DNA of 64,000 nucleotides. It comes from a bacterium. Lineage in GTDB: Bacteria > Electryoneota > JAOADG01. The stretch is from the NCBI GenBank assembly GCA_963681965.1, contig OY820579.1, positions 512,001 to 576,000 on the forward strand, written 5' to 3'. Shown here in pieces: positions 31,301 to 40,583 of this stretch. Numbering within the stretch: the first letter of the stretch is position 1; each line of letters begins with the position of its first letter. A program made the translations under genes and the position numbers. The notes beneath the pieces are model-generated. The model was not told where the DNA came from, did no database searches, and saw only the letters and a program-made list of their open reading frames with translations.

Positions 31301-31330
31301 ACCCTGCCTTCGGTAACGAAGGCAGGGGGT
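31301..31330. terminator. Hairpin after the MCP, between convergent genes
   Basis: CCCTGCCTTCG-GTAA-CGAAGGCAGGG. Confidence 0.7.
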
Positions 31331-31356
31331 GAGTCGGTAAGTGATCGCGATTGAAT

Positions 31357-31716
31357 TTATTTCGACCAAAGTCCGATTGCAGCGGTTTCCGGCGGTTCGA
31401 TGATCGCGATGCGACCCCAGTCGTTGCCGAGTTCGGTGACCGGTTTTTTGATCTTTGCACCGAGGGCGACCGCTTGATCGAATGCTGCTTGAATTTGATC
31501 GACTCCGATGTACAGCAACGTGGAATACTCTTCCGGCAAGCTCGGGCGCAATTCAATACCACCGTCCATCGAGCGTTCGCCGCCGGTCTTGAATGAGATG
31601 TAGTCGGGATGTTCCGCATGCGGTACATGGCACTCCCAACCAAATAACGATTTGAAGAATTCCGCAGTTTTCTTCGGATTGAGTGATAAGATTTCAAGAT
31701 AAACGATCGAGTTCAT
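31357..31716 (-). CDS. VOC/glyoxalase family protein
   Basis: IVYLEI...P.K...FF..LFGW, YI.VD.I......A..LG, G.IAI..P.....GLW. Confidence 0.9.
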   Translation of the reverse strand: MNSIVYLEILSLNPKKTAEFFKSLFGWECHVPHAEHPDYISFKTGGERSMDGGIELRPSLPEEYSTLLYIGVDQIQAAFDQAVALGAKIKKPVTELGNDWGRIAIIEPPETAAIGLWSK

Positions 31717-31864
31717 CGAACCTCCGGTTTTATCGATTAATCATAATTTTCTGAAAATTGCGCTCGTCGAGCCGCAATTACGGTGTAATAGGTTACGAAT
31801 TAAATACGATTCCTGCTCGCCTATGTGATATCAAACGAATTCACATGAAATTGGAGAAAGCACG

Positions 31865-32245
31865 ATGGCTATCAACGCAACCACCAATTATCTGCTTGCC
31901 AAAAAATCGGAATCGCTGCTGGCGTTTGCACGTCAATTGACCAATGTCACAGTGATGCTGTACGGTCCCGGTCAATTAGACGTGTCGGGCATGCCAGTTG
32001 CCTGCGCAGGTCGATTGAAACGATTGGTCGTATTCGACGGAACGACTGTCGGTTCAGTCGATTCCGATGTCGATATCGATACCGGTGATCAAATTGCCGT
32101 GCAAGCACAATTCAATAACACAGCATTCACGATTACCGTACTGAAAAATTCGATCGCAACGTCACTCTCATTGCCGGAAATTGGCGGGTATCGTCCGATC
32201 TGGGCAACGGTGCTGATCGAATTAACCGATCCGGTACTGATTTAG
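31865..32245 (+). CDS. Hypothetical beta-rich protein, probably virion-associated
   Basis: GGAG RBS; MAIN.. start; 8 bp upstream of the adaptor-like gene. Confidence 0.6.
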   Translation: MAINATTNYLLAKKSESLLAFARQLTNVTVMLYGPGQLDVSGMPVACAGRLKRLVVFDGTTVGSVDSDVDIDTGDQIAVQAQFNNTAFTITVLKNSIATSLSLPEIGGYRPIWATVLIELTDPVLI

Positions 32246-32253
32246 GAGGAACC

Positions 32254-33096
32254 ATGGCTTTTACAACGATCGATAAAATGCGGCTGCAACTGATCGGTCC
32301 GACCGGAGCAGCGCGAAAAATTCTCAATGAACTCGTATTGATTGGGGATAATGGTGACGGTGTTTTGGCGAACAATCCGATCGAAGAGCATTCGGTTCAA
32401 ATCAAGGGCATTACCACGAATCAAATCGATAGTGCCAGTGTGGTTTTGGACGATTCCAACTGGACGGTTTTCGCTCCGCAAAATGTTGTTCCAAATTCCG
32501 TCGCAGTGGTAGATGGACCGCAACTGTACCGCTTCTATGCCGAGAATTCGGATTTTCTGATCGACTACCAATTGGGTCGAATCAAGCGCCCTTCAGGTTC
32601 GAATATCACTACTGGACAGGGTGTCACGGTGTTCTATCAGTCGTACACATTTTACACCGAAAATGTCGATTACACGTTCGACTATAATCTTGGCACCTTC
32701 AAGCTTGCAACTGGAGGAACAATTCTTTCGGGTCAATATGTTTGGGTCGATTACAATATCGCAGAATCCGGAGCTACCGATGCGTTATTGACGGAAGCAT
32801 TGGAAGAAGCTCATGCGAAAATTGTCGCCCGGTTGTTGCCCGGATATTCGGAAATCTCTACCGATTCATTACTCGCTGTTGGTGAAACCGAACTAGCGTG
32901 TGCAATCGCGGCACGGGCACTTGCCAGTAAACCGCTCGGTATCAGCCGCGATACTACCAGCGATGACCGCGCGAGTGCATGGTTGAAGCTCGCCGATCAA
33001 TTCGAGCGAGTAGCGTGGCAAACATTGCAGAAATTTATTTCCAAGCCGGCACGGAAATCGGGTTACGCTGTGAAAAGTGGCAGCGGAAGCTATTAA
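32254..33096 (+). CDS. Putative head-tail adaptor (Mu gp36/SPP1 gp15-like) with inserted duplicated beta domain
   Basis: AGGAGG RBS; MAFTT.D N-terminus; helical C-terminus D.LL.EALEEA...I...L...Y...LA....A; two internal Y.EN.D(F/Y)..DY..G...G.I..GQ.V.V.Y repeats. Confidence 0.6.
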   Translation: MAFTTIDKMRLQLIGPTGAARKILNELVLIGDNGDGVLANNPIEEHSVQIKGITTNQIDSASVVLDDSNWTVFAPQNVVPNSVAVVDGPQLYRFYAENSDFLIDYQLGRIKRPSGSNITTGQGVTVFYQSYTFYTENVDYTFDYNLGTFKLATGGTILSGQYVWVDYNIAESGATDALLTEALEEAHAKIVARLLPGYSEISTDSLLAVGETELACAIAARALASKPLGISRDTTSDDRASAWLKLADQFERVAWQTLQKFISKPARKSGYAVKSGSGSY

Positions 33097-33108
33097 TCCG
33101 TTCGATGA

Positions 33109-34296
33109 TTATCTAAGTAACGAGAGATAAGGCAAACACATTGCGATTACGACACACCATCCAACTTTTTTGGCAATCCGTTCCGGAAGTGACCAGAGCG
33201 ACCAGCAGACAGCCAGCACCAAAGCGGGTGCGGCGATCAGAAGTAGGCGCGCTTCGGTTTGATGATTCATGATCGCATTAATCAACCATGCGAGTATCCC
33301 GCACCCGCCACCGATACCCCACACCAGTAACACGCTGCGAGTCTGGACGTTAATACCGGAAAGAAATTTCGCGCGTTGATGCCATCCCCAGATAAGAGCA
33401 CCAAGGGAAGCGATAACGTAGATCAATCCGGGAAGCTTTACCCAGTAAGACGACCATGGTTCCTGCCACGGACAGACTAGCGAATAACAAAACGCTACTA
33501 CCGCTTGCCGGAAACCGATTGGAATCGGATTGCTAATTCCCAGGATGCTGTGATAAAAAGCCAATCGCTGTGCCCAAAGACTGTACGTGAGCACGAATAC
33601 TAAACCCGCAATTTGAAGCACCCGCACCCATTTGGTGAAGCGATTGTAAAAACCGCTCATCAGAATGGCGGAGAGTGGCATGATCCACAACACCACTGCC
33701 GGTAGTTTCGAATAGGCACCCAGTGCCATGATTGCGCCAAGCAGAACGAAATCGTGCCACTGAAATTTGCGACTGATCAGTAATGCCGAAAAACCGTATA
33801 ACAACGCGCACGAGACTGCCAACAACGCGTCGTTGTTAATCGTTGCCGATGCGGGAAGCGTCGCGCCGAGCAGACTTCCGACGGCAAGAATCGCGTCCCG
33901 CATCCGGGGTAACGGCACCGAGATGGACAGTATCCAAAGCGCCAAATACCAGAGCAGAAATGAAAACAGTCGGATGAAATATTCACCGTGATTCGTCGCG
34001 GTAAATACCTTCAGGATGGTTGCGGACAGTTGGTAATACAGGATCGGTTGCCAATATTCCGCGCTGCCGGTAATGAGGGTGGAATCGGAATACCGGTTGC
34101 GGTCCGGATGCGGTAACCCTTTCGCATCGCGCTGATAGAGCACATTGTTCCAATGTGAGAATTCGTCGTTGAATGCCGGGATGGATCCCGGCAGTGTCTG
34201 TAATGGCATGGCGAAGATCAACCAGAGCCGAAGTAGGATTCCGGCAATCAATGCAAACCAGACATATTTCGGTAAATGAAATGGAGTAACGTTCAT
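33109..34296 (-). CDS. Polytopic membrane protein, GT-C (ArnT/PMT-like) glycosyltransferase
   Basis: DE..H, EY.QP.LYY, INND.L, K motif; many TM helices. Confidence 0.7.
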   Translation of the reverse strand: MNVTPFHLPKYVWFALIAGILLRLWLIFAMPLQTLPGSIPAFNDEFSHWNNVLYQRDAKGLPHPDRNRYSDSTLITGSAEYWQPILYYQLSATILKVFTATNHGEYFIRLFSFLLWYLALWILSISVPLPRMRDAILAVGSLLGATLPASATINNDALLAVSCALLYGFSALLISRKFQWHDFVLLGAIMALGAYSKLPAVVLWIMPLSAILMSGFYNRFTKWVRVLQIAGLVFVLTYSLWAQRLAFYHSILGISNPIPIGFRQAVVAFCYSLVCPWQEPWSSYWVKLPGLIYVIASLGALIWGWHQRAKFLSGINVQTRSVLLVWGIGGGCGILAWLINAIMNHQTEARLLLIAAPALVLAVCWSLWSLPERIAKKVGWCVVIAMCLPYLSLLR

Positions 34297-34405
34297 GATC
34301 ACCCGATCGAAGATTGATCCGGATCCGTTCAATAACGAGTAAATATACTCACAAAAAAAGGCGGATGAATCCATCCGCCGAAATGAAAGTTCAGTTTATC
34401 TGTTG

Positions 34406-35359
34406 CTATTTGCTGCCCGGAACGATCGTACTAGTCTGAACAGTGTCCTGATTTGTTCGTGGAAGTTTACTGTAATCCAGTTCACTACCTCGCATGCTAT
34501 GAGGAATTAGATAGATGCCCGACATGATGATGGTCGCGGCTACAGCCCACCAGCGACCGCGTCGTTCGCCATCAGGTTTGCGTAGTTGCCAGACCGCCAA
34601 AACCCAAGCGAGAATCATCAATGCGGTTTTGTTATCGGTGAGATCTTCCCCAAATGGCCACCCGGTCCAGAACGCATCAAAGGCGTATTTCTGAACCAAT
34701 GGACCGAGAACAAATCCACCGACAATCAGTAAAATCGTAGTAATGAGGGTTTTGCGATAGACAGGTTCTTTCAGCAGCGCCCCAAGTAAAATTCGCATGG
34801 CAAAAAACAATCCGGTGAACATACATAAAATATGTGGTAACAGGACGAACGGAGGTACATCCCCTTTGAACCGAGTAACCACTGCACTACCGGTTTGGGG
34901 AAGCAGAACGCGTTCCGCACCCCGGTTCAACGCAACCTTGTATTCCAATTTTCCGGCGGCGGGTTGTTTCGGAAGATAGCCGATAAGTACCGACCGGGTC
35001 GATCCCGTCGATTTTCCGCGATTGCTTATGATAGTATGACCGATTCCCGATAATTTCCCAATCTGGTCGGCGGTGAGGGTTTCGCGCTGAAGTGGTAACA
35101 CTCGTAATGGCTCATCGAGCTTGTAGCGCTTCCAGATAACTTCGCCATGAATAGTTGTATCGCCGACATCAATCAATACTGGTTGATCGCCGGTCGTTTC
35201 ATGGGTTCGCAATAACGCGTAATGGATCGATTGCCCACCAAGGCTCGCTTCGCCATCCAAGGGATAAGTCGGACCGGTGCTGCGCTGATAGTGTGCAGAT
35301 AAAAAAGTTAATATAAGTGCCAATATCCACAATAAGATGGATCGGATCGTTTTCACCAC
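34406..35359 (-). CDS. Conserved membrane protein
   Basis: YQR.TGPTYP, QP.AGKLEY, LGP.VQKYAF..FWTGWPFG.DLTDNKT, IPHS..GSELDY. Confidence 0.75.
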   Translation of the reverse strand: MVKTIRSILLWILALILTFLSAHYQRSTGPTYPLDGEASLGGQSIHYALLRTHETTGDQPVLIDVGDTTIHGEVIWKRYKLDEPLRVLPLQRETLTADQIGKLSGIGHTIISNRGKSTGSTRSVLIGYLPKQPAAGKLEYKVALNRGAERVLLPQTGSAVVTRFKGDVPPFVLLPHILCMFTGLFFAMRILLGALLKEPVYRKTLITTILLIVGGFVLGPLVQKYAFDAFWTGWPFGEDLTDNKTALMILAWVLAVWQLRKPDGERRGRWWAVAATIIMSGIYLIPHSMRGSELDYSKLPRTNQDTVQTSTIVPGSK

Positions 35360-35475
35360 ACCCCCGTTGTTGTCTGCTGATTATACGTAATTACTTGTTA
35401 AAAAATCAACTCCGGGGTGAGGAATTAATCGGTTTCAATCGAGAAGAACCAGCTTTTGTATGGAGGATCAGCTTT

Positions 35476-35787
35476 ATGAATTGGATCGATGAATTCGTTG
35501 ATGATTTGTTCGATACGAAAGAATTAACCGACGTCGCACTATTTGCCGAAGAACACGGATTGACTGTCGATGAGGTGAACAGTGTCGATGAAGGATTACT
35601 CTATAACAGTATGATGCGTCGGTTCAAGCGGGAAGCAACTCTGGCTATCCCGAAATTGGCGGAGGCGTTACTGGAAAAAGCGTACCGCGGCGATATCGCC
35701 GCGATTCGATTGGTTATTGCACTGGCAAAACCGGAAACCGTGAAAGGAAAAGGCGATGACCCGATGGAATCATTCCGCGAGTCCTAA
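35476..35787 (+). CDS. Putative terminase small subunit
   Basis: GGAGG RBS and ATG at 35476; 103 aa helical protein with AL.EKA..GD..AIRL; overlaps the start of the large terminase. Confidence 0.6.
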   Translation: MNWIDEFVDDLFDTKELTDVALFAEEHGLTVDEVNSVDEGLLYNSMMRRFKREATLAIPKLAEALLEKAYRGDIAAIRLVIALAKPETVKGKGDDPMESFRES

Positions 35788-37149
35788 ACCGCATACATCT
35801 GCGATCAAACGGGAAATTGCCAGGCTTCGACAGGATCCTGCGCAATTTGCCGCCGACTACTGTTGGACCGACCACCCTAGTCTCGGGATCAGGCGGTTCC
35901 CCTCTTTCCCTATCTTGCCCGGCTCTTTTCGGCGCTCGAGACTGAGCCGCGGCTGCTAGTATTGAAAAGTCGTCAGGTAATGGCAAGTTGGTCGATTGCT
36001 GCTTGGTTGATTCATCGAGCGCTATTTTATTCGCCGGGCGATTTCATGATTCTTTCAAAAGAAGAACGTTCGGCGGAAGAATTATTGTTGCGGATCCGCC
36101 ATTTGATTGCGCGGCTACCGCGCTGGATGGGAATCCGATGTGCAATCAAACGACGAGAAATTGTTTTTGCGAAAATTGGAAGTCGAATATTTACTCTACC
36201 CGCCGTTCCAGAGGCGGTGCGGTTGTATACTCCTACAGTAGTGGTGTGGGATGAAATGGCGTTTACTCGCGAGGCGGAACGGATTTGGGAGGCGCTCTCG
36301 CCGGCACTCGATAGCAGCGCGCGATTTGTCGGAATCAGTACACCGAATGGTCGTTTTACCACGTTCGGTCGATTGGTTCAGAAACCCGATCAATTCGGCT
36401 TCTCATTGCACCGAATCCACTACCGCGAGCGTCCGGATCGCGGCGATGCATGGCGCACTGAAAAGCAAAAAGAGTTGTCCGAATCCGAATGGCGGCGGGA
36501 ATATGAATTGTCGCTGGAAGAAATTAATGGATTGCGCGTCATCGAAGAGTTTGTGCCCTCGGTACATATTGAATCTGCTCCACTTTCAAAGAAAGACGTA
36601 CTGCAGTCGCCCCGATTGTTTCGGTCGATTGATTACGGGTATCGGACACCAGTGGTTCTGTGGATTGCCGAACGGGCGGACAACCGATTGACTGTATTCG
36701 ATGAATGGATTGGTGACAATGCGACACGCGATGATTTGCTAGCGGCAATCCGGGCAATCGACCGGAAGTGGGGTATTTCCGATCGAAATATCGAATGGAC
36801 AGCCTGCGATCCTGCCGGTGCGCAACACGGTGACACCGGAATTCCGGTAGTGGATTTCCTTGCAGGTGCGGGAATCCGGCTGATGTTCCGAAAATCCCGG
36901 ATCGAAGATGGATTGGATATCGTCCGTACTTATTTTCGAAGAGCCGATGGGGGGAGTGTTTTAAAAGTATCTCCACTGTGTACAAAATTGATTCTCGATC
37001 TAGAATCGTACACCTACGACGAGCGAACCGGAAAGCCGATTAAAGGGAATTATGACCACACAATTGACGCACTACGATATTTTTGCTTAAGTTATATGGT
37101 TCCTACTCCAGCCAAACGAAAAGTGCGGGTCGCCGGATCAAAACGCTAA
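35756..37149 (+). CDS. Terminase large subunit, in two frames joined by a -1 shift near 35905-35911
   Basis: Walker A-like LVLKSRQVMASW, Walker B VVWDEMAF, ISTPNG, W.REYE; nuclease motifs SIDYGYRTP, CDPAG, DHTIDALRY. The N-terminal DP..F...Y.W segment is in the 35756 frame. Confidence 0.88.
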
Positions 37150-37524
37150 TGAGAGGCGAGGAGCATTGGAAAGGAGCATGATAATAAATATCTTGTAACG
37201 CTACCAAGGAGTTTTTCAGGTCTCTGGACACCATAATACTTTCTAGCTCGATTTTTGGTCGGAAATTGTATTTCTGTCGCTGAGATCTGGAAAACGGATC
37301 CCTTCCTATCCGAACTGGATCCGCGGTAACTGCTTTCTCGTGATCGTTGGTTGATGCAATAGATGATCACGCTTTCGTTATTGGAAATATCACTCGGCTA
37401 GTTATCATTTAGATCAGATGATTACGGAATAATTAGGTGCGATCGGGTCACCGAAATAAACTGACAAGAACTCCCGGTTTATTACGTACCAATGTTACCC
37501 TTTACGAATACGACTAGAGGAAGA

Positions 37525-39063
37525 ATGAATACCGATAACCATGGAATACCACCAAACGGTTTCCGCTCAGTTGAAGAGGAGTACGAGCGACTGGGTAAGG
37601 ATGCCGAACGGCTGCGGTTGGATGGCAAACGCGATGCTCAACATGAGTTACATCGCGAAATGCTCGTTTTTGCTAAAAAAAACAATATCAAACGTCTGAT
37701 TGCAGAAGCTCATGGTTTGGTTGGTCGCGATGCGATGGAGGTCGGAGATTTTAAACTAGCGTTTTCCGAATTGAAAAAATCACTGGATTTATTGTACGAA
37801 TTTGACGATGCCGAGACTTTGGGTCGAACGCTTGGAAATTTGGCAAACCTGCTCCGGATTCAAGGATTGTTCGAAGAAGCAAAGAAGTATGGTCAAGATG
37901 CTTTGGTTCAAATCCGAAAGACCGACAACCGTCGCTATGAGATGGTGGTTCTCGGCAATCTCGCCTCGCAGGAAATTGAACGGGGCAATTTTGTCGAAGC
38001 AAGTCCGTTCTTGCTCGCAGCCTTGGAAATCGCTCAGAAGATTGGCGATGCCCACGCCGAGGTACTGTACTACGGTGAATTAGCGAAAATCCGTCATTCC
38101 GAAGGAAAAGTCGACGAAGCATTCGAAGTAATCGACAAAGCGATTGCGATTGCGAAGAAACACGATCTGCGCAGCGAAGAGGGAACGATTGTCCGCACTG
38201 CCGGTCTGATTGCCACTTCCGAAGCGCAATGGAAACGCGCCCGGATGTTGCTGGAGCAAGCGCTGGCAATTCACCGCGAAGCGAAAGCATTCCGGTTTGT
38301 TGGAATCACCCTGCATAATCTTGGATTGATTGCCTTGACGATGGGCGATGCCGATCTTGCCGAGCGTTACCTACAGGAAGCGATTGCGATTCATCGCAGT
38401 AGTGGAAACGTTCATTCCGAAGCGCTATCCATGTCGGTGCAAGCGGAACTCTCGTTCTGCCGTGGCGAACATGAAGCGGCACTGCAGAAATTGAACCGCG
38501 CGCTCCAGATATCGCACGACATCAAAGACCGCAGTTTTGAAGCGATGGCAAAGAGCTATATCGCATTTATATATATCGAACGAAAACGCTACAGCGAAGC
38601 CTTGACCAAACTGGAACAAGCCGTCGAAACGCAACGCGATACCCGCAATACCCGCGATTTGGCAATCTCTCTCTACCGGTTGTTAGTACTCTACCTCGAA
38701 TTGGGCGATCAGAAACAGGCAATCAATTGCCTGAAAGAAGCCGATGAAATTACTCAGAATAGTCGTGTGCAGATGGTTCAGATCCAGTCCGCAGTCGCAC
38801 ATGGATTACTCACGTTATTCTGGTACAAACAACAAAACGACGGTGTGGTCGTCAATCGCGAAGAACCGGTAACACTGGAAGCGGTAATCGATTATTATCT
38901 GAAAGCCAAACAGATTTTCGAAGAGAAAGAGATCGGTTCGACCAATTTGAGTGGTTACTTCTTGTTGCAGTTCCGCGATCGGATGATAAAGTCCGGAATT
39001 CCATTCGGTGAGTTACCACTACCAACTAACTGGATCGCACAAGATCGCGGCAGTACCCGATAA
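37525..39063 (+). CDS. Tetratricopeptide repeat protein
   Basis: About 40-aa repeats L.NL...G....A...L..AL.I.R..G. Confidence 0.85.
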   Translation: MNTDNHGIPPNGFRSVEEEYERLGKDAERLRLDGKRDAQHELHREMLVFAKKNNIKRLIAEAHGLVGRDAMEVGDFKLAFSELKKSLDLLYEFDDAETLGRTLGNLANLLRIQGLFEEAKKYGQDALVQIRKTDNRRYEMVVLGNLASQEIERGNFVEASPFLLAALEIAQKIGDAHAEVLYYGELAKIRHSEGKVDEAFEVIDKAIAIAKKHDLRSEEGTIVRTAGLIATSEAQWKRARMLLEQALAIHREAKAFRFVGITLHNLGLIALTMGDADLAERYLQEAIAIHRSSGNVHSEALSMSVQAELSFCRGEHEAALQKLNRALQISHDIKDRSFEAMAKSYIAFIYIERKRYSEALTKLEQAVETQRDTRNTRDLAISLYRLLVLYLELGDQKQAINCLKEADEITQNSRVQMVQIQSAVAHGLLTLFWYKQQNDGVVVNREEPVTLEAVIDYYLKAKQIFEEKEIGSTNLSGYFLLQFRDRMIKSGIPFGELPLPTNWIAQDRGSTR

Positions 39064-39186
39064 CGCGAACGGGTTAATTCACTTCGTCAATGCGACCGAT
39101 TGCGAAGTTGTCTTTCCAAACAATCTTCCTGGTTTTATAACTGTTCGCGATCGAACGAACTTCGTATCATGTTCAAAGAGGTGGTT

Positions 39187-39891
39187 ATGGTACGGATCAT
39201 TCCAGCACTGGATCGTCGCTTCGGCGATTTCGGCTGGCTCAAAACATACTGGTTATTTTCGTTCGATCGTTATCACGATCCCAATAATATGCATTTCGGT
39301 AACCTCCGCGTCTTTAACGACGATATCGTGCTGCCTAAATCGGGCTTCGGCACGCATCCACATCGCGAGATGGAAATCGTGACGATCGTCTTGAGTGGAA
39401 CAGTGACTCATGAAGACAGCATGGGGAATCGCACCGAAATAAAAGCCGGAGAAGTGCAGCGAATGACCGCCGGTACAGGAGTATCTCATTCCGAGCACAA
39501 CCTCGGTGCCGACCCACTCAATCTGTACCAAATTTGGTTTTTCCCCCGCGAACCCAATCTTAAACCTTCGTACGAACAGGCATCATTGCTTCCGGAAGCC
39601 CGCAAGAATAAATTGCAAGCAGTCGTTTCGGGTACCGACCCACACAGCTTGGTGAAGATTCATTCCGATGCGACAATTTATCTGTCCGATCTGACCGAAG
39701 GAAAAAAACTTTCGTATCCACTTTCATTCGGACGCGGCGCATTTGTATACATCACTTCCGGTGAGATCTCTGTCAATGGAACCACGTTACAATCCAAGGA
39801 TCAAGCGCGATTGGAAAACGAGACTTCGCTCGAGATCGTCGCGAATCAGTCATCCGAGTTCATTATAATCGATGTCGATCTGACGGTGTAA
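39187..39891 (+). CDS. Pirin family protein (YhhW-like)
   Basis: GWL....FSF..Y.DP..M.FG.LRVFNDD, FGTHPHREMEI, HEDSMG, MTAGTG..HSE. Confidence 0.95.
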   Translation: MVRIIPALDRRFGDFGWLKTYWLFSFDRYHDPNNMHFGNLRVFNDDIVLPKSGFGTHPHREMEIVTIVLSGTVTHEDSMGNRTEIKAGEVQRMTAGTGVSHSEHNLGADPLNLYQIWFFPREPNLKPSYEQASLLPEARKNKLQAVVSGTDPHSLVKIHSDATIYLSDLTEGKKLSYPLSFGRGAFVYITSGEISVNGTTLQSKDQARLENETSLEIVANQSSEFIIIDVDLTV

Positions 39892-39930
39892 CGGAACCAA
39901 CAATCCAAGTCAGGCAAAGAGGCTGCTGGC

Positions 39931-40455
39931 ATGTGGAATTTCGATTTCTCTGTATTGACGATTATCCTTCGCACGACGATTATCTATTGCGTGATTCTGC
40001 TTGGAATGCGGATATCCGGGAAGCGCGAACTCGGTCAGATGACACCGATCGACCTCGTATTGATCCTGCTCATCTCGAATGCGGTACAAAATGCGATGAC
40101 TGGTCCGGACACGTCCGTTACCGGCGGGATTATCGCAGCCGCAACACTGCTAATATTGAATTGGGTTACCAATCGGTTGATTCAGAAAGACCGCTCGTTG
40201 CGCAAATTACTCGAGGGCACGCCAACGATTCTGGTTCACAATGGTAAACTGATTCACAAGAATTTGCTATCCGAGAAGATTTCTTCCGAAACCTTGAATC
40301 AAGCATTTCGCGAACACGGTGTCACGAATATTTCCGATATACATCTTGCAACGCTGGAAATTGACGGCTCGATCAGCGTCATCCGGATCGATGAATTACC
40401 GGCTCAACTCAAACCGCATCACAATTTCCGGTTCATCGAAAAGAAGAATAGCTGA
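39931..40455 (+). CDS. DUF421/YetF membrane protein
   Basis: R.SGKRELGQ.T..D, LEGTP..LV.NG, LE.DG.ISV. Confidence 0.92.
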   Translation: MWNFDFSVLTIILRTTIIYCVILLGMRISGKRELGQMTPIDLVLILLISNAVQNAMTGPDTSVTGGIIAAATLLILNWVTNRLIQKDRSLRKLLEGTPTILVHNGKLIHKNLLSEKISSETLNQAFREHGVTNISDIHLATLEIDGSISVIRIDELPAQLKPHHNFRFIEKKNS

Positions 40456-40583
40456 CTTACCGCGATCAACTTACCGAAATAGAATTTTTTATCACTTGAA
40501 CTAACTGAACCCCGTTTCTTCTGCTAACGAATACGCTCGTCGGAGCGTTTTCCACTCATCCTCCGAATCCGAAAGGAATCGTC

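Noticed and set aside
37525-39063. TPR protein as part of the capsid system or a defence system
   Set aside because: Only positional evidence; no nuclease, CHAT or NTPase domain; generic TPR protein.
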